Of a stretch of DNA of 64,000 bases, positions 50,523 through 62,348 are shown piece by piece. The stretch's first letter is position 1, and each line of letters starts with the position of its first letter. The stretch lies in contig CDMY01000123.1 in assembly GCA_001179505.1 (NCBI GenBank), forward strand, positions 120,769 to 184,768. The letters are read 5' to 3'. Source of the DNA: Vitrella brassicaformis CCMP3155. Lineage: Eukaryota > Protista > Chromerida. A program made the position numbers and the translations under genes. The notes under the pieces are model-generated. The model was not told where the DNA came from and searched no databases. It worked only from the letters and a program-made list of their open reading frames with translations.

Positions 50523-51927
50523 ATGTATCGAAGGGCAAAGAGCAGCTGTATTTTCCTCCTCTTGGTATTCCTTCCCAGCTTATCGTTGTCTCCATTTTAT
50601 ATCCTGAAGTTTGGGACTTTTCTATCCGGCCCGGCCCCCGCCGTACGTGGCGAAGGTGAGAAGAGCGAGGAGACACTGTACTGAGTTGCAGGCGATGTGT
50701 AGGCACAGCTGAAGAGGGCGCTGCAGCTGCGGGACGAGATGCACGAGGTATAGAGGGTCAGACACGAGGATAGAAGCCAGATGTATCCACTGACAACACA
50801 TGTGTGTGTATGTATCGATGGACCTTTTGCGTGTGCAGGCCGCCCTGCGCCACGCCCAACAGCAGCTCGCTGAAGAACACCACAAGCGCCAGGTATGCAT
50901 GGCCCGATACGACGACAGCTAGGCTATATCAATCGACAAAATGTGTGCAGGATGACATTGTTTGGTTTCAACGACGATATGACGAGATGGGTAAATGAAA
51001 GAGACGGAAGGCATGTATGTACGTCATCGTGCATATGTATGTATGTATGTATGTCAGAGGCCGACCACCTTACCGCCCTTCGCGAGAAAGACGACGTCAT
51101 CGGTCAGCTGAGTGAGCGCTGAACAAATATGATGACACAACGTGCTCACACGATGCAGCTTTCTGTATCTCTGTCTGTCTGTCTGTCTGCATCAGACACA
51201 CGCCTGGCCGCCGCAGACCACACCATCGCCAAGCAACAAGAGACCGCGTGTGAACACAAGAGACATGAAAGAGTCGTGCGAATGCATTCATTGCTTGTAT
51301 GTTTCTCCCTCAATGGATGCAGATCGCCTCCCACGAGACCAAGGAGCGAGACTGGCGCCCCTGTCACAAGGAGTGGCAGGAGCGCCACAATTGGGATTAC
51401 GTGCGAATAATCGACCAACGTGAGCCGCACACAAATACACACACACGTTCGCCTGACTGCCATGTGTGAGTCTCTTGGCCGCCCTGTTTCTGTTCTTCAG
51501 ATGCTGCGTTGAAGGCGATACGCGGCCGCACCGCGAGCTTGGAGAAGGTTCGTTCAAACGATATGCGTACGTAGCGGGAAACGAGAACACTCACTCTCAC
51601 AGGTGCCGCTGTCTGGTTCTTTGATTGCTTGCAGCTCATCAGTTCCGTACGGCCGCTGTCCAAGGAGGACTTCATGACAGACACGGCCTACCACGACTAC
51701 TGCCGGGCTGTTCCAGTGTTTGATCGTGAGCAAGGCACTCGGCACACGAAAACCCATCGCCACTCATATCTGTGCGCGTTTGTGTGTGGATTGTTTTCTC
51801 CCTCAGAGTGTGGGTATTCGCCCGACCATGTCAACATCACCACCGAGCACAGCGCTACCATCACCAGTGTGTCTGGGCTGCCAGACTCCATCAACCACGA
51901 CGTCCTACTGCAACAGATCGAGACCGT
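50523..51927 (+). CDS. Hypothetical coiled-coil protein with N-terminal hydrophobic segment (partial model)
   Basis: MYRRAKSSCIFLLLVFLPSLSL... then exon-like pieces AALRHAQQQLAEEHHKRQ, ALREKDDVIGQLSE, LISSVRPLSKEDFMTDTAYHDYC, flanked by GT/AG and microsatellite introns. Connectivity is uncertain. Confidence 0.3.
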
Positions 51928-51999
51928 AAGCCAGCCAGTCGACTGTCATACCAAGTACCTAAACATACAAAGCTGTTTATCCTGGTGTCACGTGTGTGT

Positions 52000-52525
52000 A
52001 TGGTCAGGCATTCATCAACTGCCACGGCTTGTGTTTGTGTGCGTTTGGGCATCGCGAGCGCACTCCTCCACTGGCTAGTTTTTCGGTCGGTTGGTCGTGT
52101 TTTGGTCGGCTGCACTGGGGGAAGGGGGCTGATCGGGTGCGTTTGCGTGTGGTGATAGTACGTCCATGCAGATTTGGGATTTTCGTCTCGTGCGTGCCGT
52201 GTGTGCGGTCGCCCGGGCGCTTCGGCTCATCCTTTGATCCGAGAGACAGACAGAGACAGATCGGCCGACCGACCGACAATGGGATTGCGTGTGTGCGAGT
52301 GAGAGTGTTCGGGCGGGCAAAGGCTGCTTTTGGGTGCTGTGCGTGTGTGTGGTGATAACAAACTGTCTGACATTGGCTGTGGCCGGCTGCTGGCTGGCTG
52401 GCTGGCCGGGTGACTGGCTTGCTGGATGGTGCATTGCTGCGTGGATGCATGTGGTTTGGGTACGTCCATGCATGCAGGTTTGGGATTTGAGAAGACTAGT
52501 GGACTCTGGGTAAGACTACTGCACG
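52000..52525. repeat. Dispersed non-coding repeat, copy A (inverted relative to 57318-58012)
   Basis: GCGAGCGCACTCCTCCACTGGCTAGTTTTCGGTCGGTTGGTCGTGTT and TTTGGGATTTGAG..GTGGACTCTGGGGTAAGACTACTGC match the reverse complements of segments at about 57485-57547 and 57318-57375. Confidence 0.75.
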
Positions 52526-53529
52526 GACGCTGTGTCTGTGCGCTGTTTGTGGTGTAGGTGTAGGTGTGTGTGCCTTGGGTGCCGGTTGTGTTGCTGAGGA
52601 GAGAGAGAGAGAGGCTGTCTGTCTGTGTTTTAGGGACTTGCTGCTGTACTTTGTGCCGTGGGTCCGTTCGTTGTGGGTTGACTGTCTGCCAGAAAAGGGC
52701 AGACACTGTCAGCAGGGAGGACACAAAACGAGTTCGTCAAATCTACGGCGGCCCCGGTAAGATGTGGCTCGATGAGAACCACACAATGTGTTGTTGGCCT
52801 GCTCTTTTTCGTCTGTGCTGATGTGCAGCTGCATCGGTGTCTACATTCTATATCTGTTCGTCCCGTCCCATCGCTCCTGCCGGCTGTACCTGAGAAAATG
52901 GTGAGTGAAGTGGGCCACGAGCCCAGCAAAGCTGTCATCCATCGCCGTTGATGTGTATGTGTGTGTGTGTCATCAAGATGGAGCACGCCACCCGAAGACT
53001 TGCACCACCACAACCACATCTACGATCGCAAGGTGGCAAGGTGGCAGGCCAACACACGCAGGCAGACAGGGAGCATCCACAATGTGTGTGCAGTGCATGC
53101 ATTCATCACATACATATGAGATCATCCCTTCTATCTGTCTGTCTGTCTGTCTGTGGTGGACATGGTCGCGGTGGACAACGGCCGCGAAGGCGATCCCATG
53201 ATGGTCAGCAGCCGTTTCTGTGGTGAGAGAGTGCCGTTGCCGGACAGGTGACTGACTAGGTGCGCGTGCCTGGGATTTGAGTACTCGACTTGGTTGGATT
53301 TGTGTCGGACAAGTCGAGCAGCAGTGCAGTAGTGCAGCAGCCGCCGCTGGTGGTGGTGGTGGTGCGAGGCACCACGCCATGACGTTGCGCGGGAGGCGAG
53401 GGAAGCGGTCTGTGAGCGGGAGCCAAGGGCTGAAAATGGTCAGTCAGTGAGTGCGAAAGTGTGCCTATGCTTTGCATCCTATCCTGTCTGGTCTGTGTGG
53501 GTGTCCGTCTTATCCATGGTGCAGAGCAT

Positions 53530-54190
53530 GGCGAATGAGGATGCGGGCAAGGGCGATGCGACCGGTTCCATCCCGACCATCGACTGCCTCGTCAACGAGC
53601 TCAAGCAAACCGAAGACCAAGCCGAGCGGTCGGTGGACACCTACCTACACTTACCACACACACACACACACTGCCCTCGCCTGCCTCCCTGCGCATATCG
53701 TTGGCATCTGTCAATCAGGATGACGGAGCTGCTGGAGGTCGCCCGTCTGCTGCCGGACCCCCTGCCGAAGAAGTGCAAGAAAGTGATGCACTTCAAGTAC
53801 GTCCATCGCACACACACACACATGCACACACACACAGACGGGGATCATATATTCCGGGGGATGCCACGTCTCATCCGTGTGATCTCTGTTCGCTGTGTGA
53901 TGGGTGCAGCACGGTCAAGAAGCTGCGGAGTGTCTTTCCACAGGGAGGCGGGGAGGGAGGGGGGAAGGAGAGGGTCAAGAAGCCCGCCAAGCCACACTCA
54001 AGGAGTTCAAGAAGGTATGAATGTCAGTCGGCACATAGCATACACGCTCATGTCTGTCTGTCTCTCTCTCTCTCTTTCTGTGCGTGTGTGTGTGTGTGGT
54101 TGGCATGGTGTCTGCAGAACTTCACCTCCAATGGCGCGGAAGCCCTCGGGCGACCCCGACGGCCAGCCGTCGCCCAAGAGGGCAAAGTGA
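53530..54190 (+). CDS. Hypothetical small basic protein; 4 exons (may be the 3' part of a longer gene)
   Basis: MANEDAGKGDATGSIPTIDCLVNELKQTEDQAER|..MTELLEVARLLPDPLPKKCKKVMHF|NTVKKLRSVFPQ...SSR|RTSPPMARKPSGDPDGQPSPKRAK*. Splice phases fit and a related relic lies at 58020-58300. Confidence 0.5.
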
Positions 54191-54518
54191 GTGGTGGATG
54201 CGTAGAATTTGGGGGTGTATGACGTGATTTGGCAACCAGGAGCAGCCACCGTCATCGCTCCAAAAGCTCGCTGTCTACATTTTATATTTTGTGATCGTCT
54301 GATCTGACCAGACTCTTGTCCAATTTAAAAGCGTGGCAATGAATAGATCGCCGATCAACGAATTAGCTCGCACATGTTGCGCACACAGCACCTCCTCCGC
54401 AGGGCATCCTCCGCAGGGCATCCTCCAGTCCCTTCCTGCTCCTGATTCCTACAAGCAACCAGGAATCATTCTCTTCTCTTCAGTTCGTTCATCACTTCCC
54501 ATCAGCTCTCGATGAGTC

Positions 54519-56585
54519 ATGGCTTCCCCATCGCCCCTCGATTACCGGAGGCTGCCTGACGTCGATGACACCGACAGCTGGTCCGACTCAGGGGTGAGAA
54601 GGAGAAACGGGGACGATGCTGGCGCATGGCTGACTGCCCATCCGCTGTGTTGATGCAGTACGCGCACAGGAAGCCTCTTCGTGCAGCGAAGAAGCGCGCG
54701 GACATTCAAACGACCATTCGGGAAAAGAATGAGGTCAGCGAAAGAAAGTGAGTGACTGTTCATCCGCAGAGGCGTGTTCTTGTTTGCAGCATGTGGCTGA
54801 GCCGGCCGGCAATGTGTGGTGCTGCTGCCTTGGAGGCGCAATGGTCAGACATGCACATCGTGACGGCGCAGACACACCACACACCTTTGTCTGTTGCGGC
54901 TTTCAGCTGATGGAGAAGATCGCAGATGCGTGCAAGAAGAACCGGTTAAAAGACCTGAGGTCGGCTCACGTCCACGACCACGCGTATTTCGGCTCTTTTT
55001 GCACGTGTTCTGGCCGCCTTTGTGCAGGATGGAGCGTCGCTTCAGTGAGGCCATGTTCGTCAAGGCGTTCGAGCGGGGCAAGAACTGCTTCATCTTCAGA
55101 TTTGGCACCGTCGTGTGCTGGGACTTCAACGCTGACGAACGACAAGTGAGAGAGGGAGGGAGGGAGGGAGGGAGACCGTGCCCAGAAAGTGTGGAATCTT
55201 TGTCCTTGGGTTTGTTCGTCAGCGTTTGGTGCAGCTATTGCTGCCCTTCATAGTGGAGGTGCTGACCGAGAAGCAGCGCGAGGAAGACGACATGAGTTAC
55301 GTCTGGTGAGCATTCAGCGAGGCGGCCCACCTACCTGTCTACTGCATGAATGCACGTGTGGGGCCTGGCAGGGGCGACAAGCCGCAGATCCGCAAAGACA
55401 CCATGCACCTGGTCAGCACATTCACCCACACAGTCGCGAAAAGGGCCGAGTGTGTCAGAGGCCGAGCCGAGAGACCCTATCTCTCACCTGCCGATGCGCG
55501 CTGTGTGTGCAGGTGACGTCGGACATGTTTGAGAAGCTGGCGTACAGCTATGCCTTCGCCCAGAGCGTCAAGCTGACGGTGTTTGAGGAGGTCATCGAGA
55601 ACACCATCGAGTCGACCAGAAACATACCAGGTATGAACCTAGACAGACACACGCATACACAGACACTCAGACACACCGACACACAGACAGAGACAGAGAG
55701 AGGCAGACAGATACACAGACAGACACAGACACAGACATAGACACAGACACAGACAGACACACAGACACAGACAGACACACAGACACAGACAGACAGACAC
55801 ACAGACAGACACACAGACAGAAAGAGAGAGCGAGTACACATGGTTCTTTGTCGGCCCCATGTTCATACATGCAGAGGGTTTGATGAAGACTGGCAAGATC
55901 CATCTGAAGCGCGAGGACATCTCCAAGAAGATCGGCGAGTTGTTCCTGCAGCGCTGCTACGTCAACCTGCACACCGACATCCTCGACACACCTGGTAGGC
56001 CAGGCCAAGATGGCCGGGAGGCACACAGCAATGCCGTTGTTGGCTCGCTGTCTGAGTGCAGACATCTTCTGGGAGTTTGACGAGTTTGAGGGCACATACT
56101 CGTGAGCGACAACCGATCATCGGTGGCCACGCATAGCATACACACCTGGGCGTTTGGTGCTGTTCTGCATTCAGTTCATGTCGTGGCTACCTGGAGATCA
56201 CCAAACGAGTCGAGATCCTCAACCAGCGGTAGGGAGACAGCCAGGGACGGACAGCAGCAACCACTCACTCACTCACTCCTGCGATCGCATCGGTGTCTGT
56301 CTGTGTCTGTGTGTGGCATCGCATGTAGGCTGGACATCATAAAGGACCTGTATGACATGCTCCACAACGAACTCACCATACAGGTCAGCAAGTGAAGCCG
56401 ACCCACCATGACGATGTGTCCCGGGCTCCCCCCTCACTCCTCCTTCGTGTGTGTATGTGTGTCTGCCTGCCTGCCTGCAGCATGGGTACAAGTTGGAGTG
56501 GATTGTCATCTACCTCATCTGCATTGAGGTCGCCATCGAGGTCATCTGGAACATTCTCATCAAGGACGTCTTCGGATGGGTCTAG
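54519..56585 (+). CDS. RMND1/Rmd1/Sif2-family (DUF155) membrane protein; multi-exon
   Basis: [72 protein letters not shown]|[21 protein letters not shown]|[28 protein letters not shown]. Confidence 0.93.
55640..55830. repeat. Long compound (ACAG/ACAC/ACACAG)n microsatellite inside an intron of the DUF155 gene
   Basis: About 190 bp of near-continuous AC/AG units. Confidence 0.9.
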
Positions 56586-57317
56586 CCGAGTTGATGTCGG
56601 TCACCCGGGCGGCTTGTCCGTCGCCTCTTGTCGAGTGTTGCCGCCTCACTTTTTCGATCGTCAGTAAGGCCCGTGTGGCGTGTTTTTTCGGGCGGTTTTC
56701 GACGTCACGTGGGTGAAGGGGGACGCAGCTGTATGCATGACGTATTACATGCGCGACACATTGGGTTGATGGATGGACTGATGTGATCAAGTTGTTACTA
56801 CAATGAACTCTTTGTCAGGTCTGTAATCAATCAATCCTGGCTTGTGCAGCGAGCCACTCCACACACATGCAGTGCAGACGGACTAAAGTCCTCGTCAAGT
56901 TAGTGCAGCTGGCTAAATGGTGCACCACTCACTCCACCATGAAAGGATCCATCCATCCATCCATGTGTGCAGGCTAGGTTGAGTCAGTCAAGTTGAGCAC
57001 GCACCATCCACCGACTCCATCGACACGTGCTTTTTCTGCCTGCCTCTCTCATCAAGTTAAGTTACTACCCGATTCGTGGGTCATGCACCATGAAATGAAC
57101 AGACGAACCGTCGAGGGACCTACCAACCCATACATACATGCAGACTTGACAGCTGACTAAACTGCCTGCCTTGCATCTGCACTGATCAGGTTGTCGCTAG
57201 CTACCAGCACAGACACCAACGCACACACTAAATCATAGGTGTACAAAATGTGCTGAGCGATCCGCACTTCAGCAGCCGTGCAGCCAGTGGTGTGTAAGGG
57301 GCATTAGATAGTAGTAA

Positions 57318-58012
57318 GCAGTAGTCTTACCCAGAGTCCACTGCGTCCTCAAATCCCAAATCTGCATGGACGTACTATAACCACATCCACGCAGCAATTG
57401 GATGTCAGGGTAGTTATCACCACACTCAACGCACCCAAAAGCAGCCGCCCGCCCGCCCGCCCAGTAAGTCACAATGAATGAACTGTAGCCGACCGCAACA
57501 CGACCAACCGACCGACAAACTCGCCAGTGGCGGAAGTGCGCTCGCGATGCCGATGGCTGCTCGTGGCTGTCTGTCTGTCACAGTGTCTCTCCCTCTTGCT
57601 GCCTCCCTGTCGGGGTCCTTCTGCCCCGTCGGCTTTCTCCTTCTCTGCTCACACACCACCGAACGGCACACAACAAGACAAGCAGACAGGCGGCCCATTG
57701 CGCACTGGTCATAAACCAGTGCAGTGCACGGCGGTCGCTGCCTTGCAGAGCTTGCAGGCTGGCTGTCAGAGAGAGGGGAGAGAGGGGAGTGAATGAGCAG
57801 ACAGGTCGAGAGAGGAGAGTAGTGCTACAGGGGAAAGATGCATTACCCAGTCAGCCAGTCAGCCGGTCACTCGATCACCCAACCCACACGCAGTCTCACA
57901 CAGTTAGTTATCACCACACCACACGCACACGCACCCAAAAGCAGCCGCCCGCCCGCCCGCCCGCCCACCCAGTAAGCCGACAGAACCACGACCAACCGAC
58001 CGAAAAACTAGT
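57318..58012. repeat. Dispersed non-coding repeat, copy B, internally duplicated
   Basis: CACGCACCCAAAAGCAGCCGCCCGCCCGCCCG...CAGTAAG...CACGACCAACCGACCGA occurs twice (about 57428-57515 and 57930-58005). It is an inverted match to 52000-52525. Confidence 0.75.
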
Positions 58013-58019
58013 CATCGCT

Positions 58020-58440
58020 TCTTGCCGGCCTTCTTGCCGCCGAAGCCCCGCTTGGCGCCCTGGCGACCAACAGATACGGACATACAGGCGTTGCAGAGAG
58101 TGCCACGAGGTTGTGTGTACCTTGGCCTGTCGTTTCTTGGCTTTCTGTGGGGATGGCTGGCCGTCGGCGTCCCCCCCTCCCTCCCCCCCGAACACCTTGC
58201 GCAGCTTCTTGACGGTCCTGCACCCATCACACAACGGACAGAGATCACACGGATGAGACGTGGCATCAGGTCCTTGATGGTGGGGATGGAACCACCAACA
58301 CCAACAGCACCACCACCCCCAGCGGCTGCTGCTGCACTGCTGCTACTCGCCCCGCCGCCATCCCTGCCCCTCGCCCTGCTCCTGGTGGTCATCGCCACGT
58401 CCCTGACGGCCACGGCCGGCACACCGCTGTCGATGTCCAT
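58020..58440 (-). pseudogene. Deleted relic of the 53530-54190 gene family, abutting the HAT1 tail
   Basis: GGTTCCATCCCCACCATC is joined directly to GATGCCACGTCTCATCCGTGTGATCTCTG..GTGATGGGTGCAG and then ACCGTCAAGAAGCTGCGC. In the 53.5-54.2 kb gene these pieces are about 280 bp apart. Confidence 0.6.
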
Positions 58441-58441
58441 G

Positions 58442-59855
58442 TCATCCCCCCCAACTCAGCCGGCGCTTCTTGCTCTGGAGGGTCGTGCCACCAGGCGCCG
58501 CACTCAGCCGGCGCTTCTTGCTCCCGATGGACATGCCACCAGACGCCGTACTCGCCGACGCGGCTGCGGCTGCCGACGATGCTGCACCAGACGCCCCCGC
58601 GTCGAAGAGGGCGCTGTGGAGCTTGTGGGTGCGACCGCGCGTCTTGTCTAGGGGGAGTCCGTTGGTGAGGCCCAGGCCGCTGCTGGCCGGGAAGGCCGCT
58701 GATGCCGAGCTGGGTACCTCTGCTCCTGGGGGCGGGGGGAAGAAAGCGAGGGGGGACACGAGGTTGCGATCGATGGCCAGCTTGATCGTCACGACGTCAT
58801 GCAGCTGGACGAACGCCGGGGCAGGGCGTTCGACACCAATCTGGTGGATGGATGGATCACACACACAGAGGGAGGGGGCGGGGAGGGAGGGGGAAGACGT
58901 GTCTCATGGTGTGGTGGTGTTGCGCTCTGTAGGTTGGTGTTACCTGCTTGACTTTGGGATCGTCCAGGGCCTGCTTATAGATCATCTCCAACAAGTCTGT
59001 ACCAACTCCTGCACACGCAAGACAACACAACACAACACAACACAAGACAACACAAGACAGGACAGTGAGTGCCGCTCTCCCATCCCCGTCTCCGTGCAGT
59101 GCATCGCACTGACCTTTTCTCTGGTAGTGCGGGAAGATGAGGAACTGCGACACCCTGAGAAGGCTCCGGAACGTGTAGGCTTTGGTGTAGGTCGTGGCAA
59201 ACCCACACACACTCAGACACCCCGGCCCCCCGCTTGATCTCAGATTGTGGCTGTGCGGCCGCTCGTAGGCGAAGTACACGTGCCACTTCTCGTCCTGCTC
59301 GATCTCCTCTATGCCCTCGATGAACCAGTGGAGGAACCACTCCATCTGCCGGTGCAGCGACTTGAATTCGTCATCGTCATCGTCAAAGCCGCATCGTCTC
59401 ACCTGGATCTCCTCGCCCCTCGCACCCGCCTTGAGCTTCCACCCCCCCAGAGGCTTCCCGGGCGGCTGGAACCGCCAGTCAGGGGTCACTCGGCGCTCCA
59501 GCTTGGCGACGAAGTCGTGCTCCGAAGGGCAGAAGCCGCCCGGGAAGGCCACGTTGGTGCAAGTTGCGTTGGTGAGGCAGGCCATGACGCGCTCGCGGCA
59601 GGCATGGAAGGATGCACCCTCGCCCTCAATCTTCACGAACACGTCGAATGTGTCCGGGATATAGAAGATGTGGACGGACCCGTTGAGCTCCTCGAAATCC
59701 ATAATGGCTTGGTCCGTGTCGAAGATATGGTGGGCGAACGAGGGATGAAAGGGCTCCGGCGGCTTGTGATAGTCCTTCGGCGTCTTGCAGGGATGGAAGC
59801 AGACGCTCTTGAGGGCGTTGGCGCCCAGCGAACGGGTGCGGCCGACGCGACCCAT
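58442..59855 (-). CDS. HAT1: Histone acetyltransferase type B catalytic subunit (HAT1-like); 3 exons
   Basis: LHRQMEWFLHWFIEG...IEQDEKWHVYFAYE, GFATTY...LRVSQFLIFPHYQRKG|VGTDLLEMIY...VKQ|IGVERPAPAFVQLHD match HAT1 motifs (FIEG, RISQ.LI.P.YQ.KG.G, ITVEDP...F..LRD). Introns 59113-59009 and 58943-58841. Confidence 0.88.
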
Positions 59856-61135
59856 TGTTGACGATCTCAATGATGCTGGTGTTGGGAGGGCCGTCTTTGG
59901 TGCGGCGGCCAGCTGTTGGATGTGCCTCTGCACGAAGGGGGAGGGATCCGGGTGGGTGGGGACCTCACACGGCAGGCCAAGGTCGAAGCGGCCGATGTCG
60001 GTCTTGATGTCGACGGGGATGTCGGGGCTCACACAGACGGCACGAGTGAAGGCCTCGATGGCCGCGAGTGCTCAAACGCGGCCATACGTCGCATGGCCTC
60101 AAAAGGAAGAGAGCTCGCAGCCAAGCTCGCGAGGGAAATGAGGGAAGGGGGAGGAGAGAGAGGACAGCAACGGAGCACATGAGTCATCTGTGATAGCCTG
60201 CGTACCTCATTTGGGTGAAATCTGTCCTCATTCGCACCCCGTGCTGGTCGGCGTCAGCGGGGCTCTCCCCTCCCTCTCAGCCAAGACAGTTGTGTAGGGG
60301 TAAGGTGGGCAGGGTGGAAGCACTCAGGCCAGCAAAAAATCATGTCTCTCTCTTTTTCTTTGCTCAGGTGGGTAGCACTGTCAGCCTCTATGTGCTGCTT
60401 TGGTGGCTCATGTCTATTGGCTGTGGAGTCTGAGGCTTTGGGGTTTGTCGGATGTTTGCTGCTGATCTGCTGAGGCATTTTGTAGTTGGCTTGCACTGCA
60501 TGGAGGCGGTGTGACAATGGGTGGTGGATTCATTCATTGTGTTGAGAGCGACTCGTTCCATGCATCCGAGCAGAGAGATCCGTCCACAAACCTTCACATG
60601 TACATGGGCACAGACACACAGAGAGTCACGTGTCAACGTGACGCGATGGATGGATGCGTCTGCGCCAGGTGTGTGGCTGATTGTCTGTCTGTCTGTCTGT
60701 GTTGGTGCTGTGCCTATGCGGTCGTATGTGTTTGTATGCCTGTGTGTGTGTGTGTGTGTGTGTGTCTGTGTCGTACAGTTTGTTTGTCGACTTCGATGTG
60801 AACGGACTTGTCGGTGTGTGTACTTGTCCCACAATCTCACGAACACACACACCCACGCACGGACAGAAAACTCTCGCGACAAGCCGACCTTCCACTCAAC
60901 TCCCTCGTCCATCCCACCCAAAAAAACTCAAAGAGTCATACTTACATCCTATCAGCCGACTGCACTTATCTCTCAGCCCTTCTCCCTCCCCCCTCTCTCT
61001 GCGCCCCCTCAGCCCGCTTCCCCTCGCCGCACTGCTACGCTCCACTCCACCTATCCTGCACACACAGGACAAAACACAAAGCACCTTGGACGTAACACAC
61101 AAGAGGCTCGGCGACTTGGCTGCTGACCTGACCCC

Positions 61136-61414
61136 ATGACAGCACAGCAGACCCTTTGTCTTGTTTTTGCCGGCCTTCTTGCTCTCCTGTCGCCGGCACG
61201 CCGGCACTGTGCCAATGCTGCACACACAGAAGGTGACGTCATCAAGATCAAGAAGAAGGGCAAGAAGGCCACGAGCGGGCAGCCGGCGGCGCAGCCGACG
61301 GTGCAGACCGACGTGAGCCTCAGGAGCAAGCAGATGAGGGCGTCGAAAGACGCACCATCGGCCAACGGCGGCAAGCCCGGCAAGGGCACGTCAATGGGGA
61401 AGTCGTTAACCTAG
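61136..61414 (+). CDS. Small putative secreted Lys-rich protein
   Basis: Intronless 92-aa ORF with signal-like MTAQQTLCLVFAGLLALLSPA and coding-like codon usage (ATCAAGATCAAGAAGAAGGGCAAGAAG). Confidence 0.35.
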   Translation: MTAQQTLCLVFAGLLALLSPARRHCANAAHTEGDVIKIKKKGKKATSGQPAAQPTVQTDVSLRSKQMRASKDAPSANGGKPGKGTSMGKSLT

Positions 61415-62348
61415 CAGGCAGCAGCATTTCTACCCCATCCGCAGGCTGCGTGGGTGTCCATAGATCACCCCTGCGGAGAGATCCAGACGCTGTCCCCAGA
61501 TCCATGACGGCCACCTCTGGCGAGTCGCACCAGCTGCAGCTCGAGCACACGGGGGGCGGGAGTGACGGCCGTCCTGCAGCTGGGTGGATGGGATGCTGCA
61601 TGGACGGGGGTGGGGTGAGTGGGAGGGGAGCGGTGCTGCAGCAGCTGCAGCTGGAGGGGTAAGGGGAGGCGAGCGGGGGGAGGCTGCTTCAGCAGCATTG
61701 TGTCCGTATGAGCTCCGCTTGCAGTCGGTCGGTGGGGTCAACGTACTCGCCCCTCGCTCCACGAAGCGCCCTCGCTCAGCTGGTAGTCTAGTCTCCGTAC
61801 TCTCTGGGAGCGTAAGGATGGTACGTCCGGTCGCGGACGTACGTGCAGCGGAGCGCACACACCAGGCAGAGGCGCAGTAGCGACTCTGCCTCCAGCGAGC
61901 TCACTAGCTCGCCTTCTTCCGTGTAACGATCTCGTCGGGCTCGCGATTTGGAGCTCGTGCCTCGTATTCGCAAACGACGACGACGACAACGCACGAACAG
62001 CCACACCTCATCCCTGTAACGGCATCCTTCGGCATGCGGATCGTGTGGCTCCTCGCATTCGTTGCGGCCGTCGGCGGTGTGCCACCGCCACAACAAAGCC
62101 GGCAAGGACACCCTGGGCGCATGTAGCGTCGGGGCAGGCCGACAACATCCAGGGGGACCAACGGCAACAGCCAGACTGAGTTTTCCACGGTGGATCACGG
62201 AGAGCTCATGGCTATGATGCGTTGGCAAGGGATGATGCGTTGGCAAGGGCTGTTCGGGCGCAGGCACTCCTCACCGAGCCAGAACAGACCGCCAAAAGCG
62301 GGGAGCACCAACGGCACCATCCCGACAGCGGCAAAGAAGAGAGATCCC

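Noticed and set aside
59856-60032. N-terminal extension of HAT1 from the GTG at 60032
   Set aside because: Homology with the second copy begins just before ATG 59855, and the upstream start is a non-ATG codon within a GTGTGTGAG context.
61430-62267. Several overlapping ORFs on both strands
   Set aside because: No recognisable domain and no consistent splice structure.
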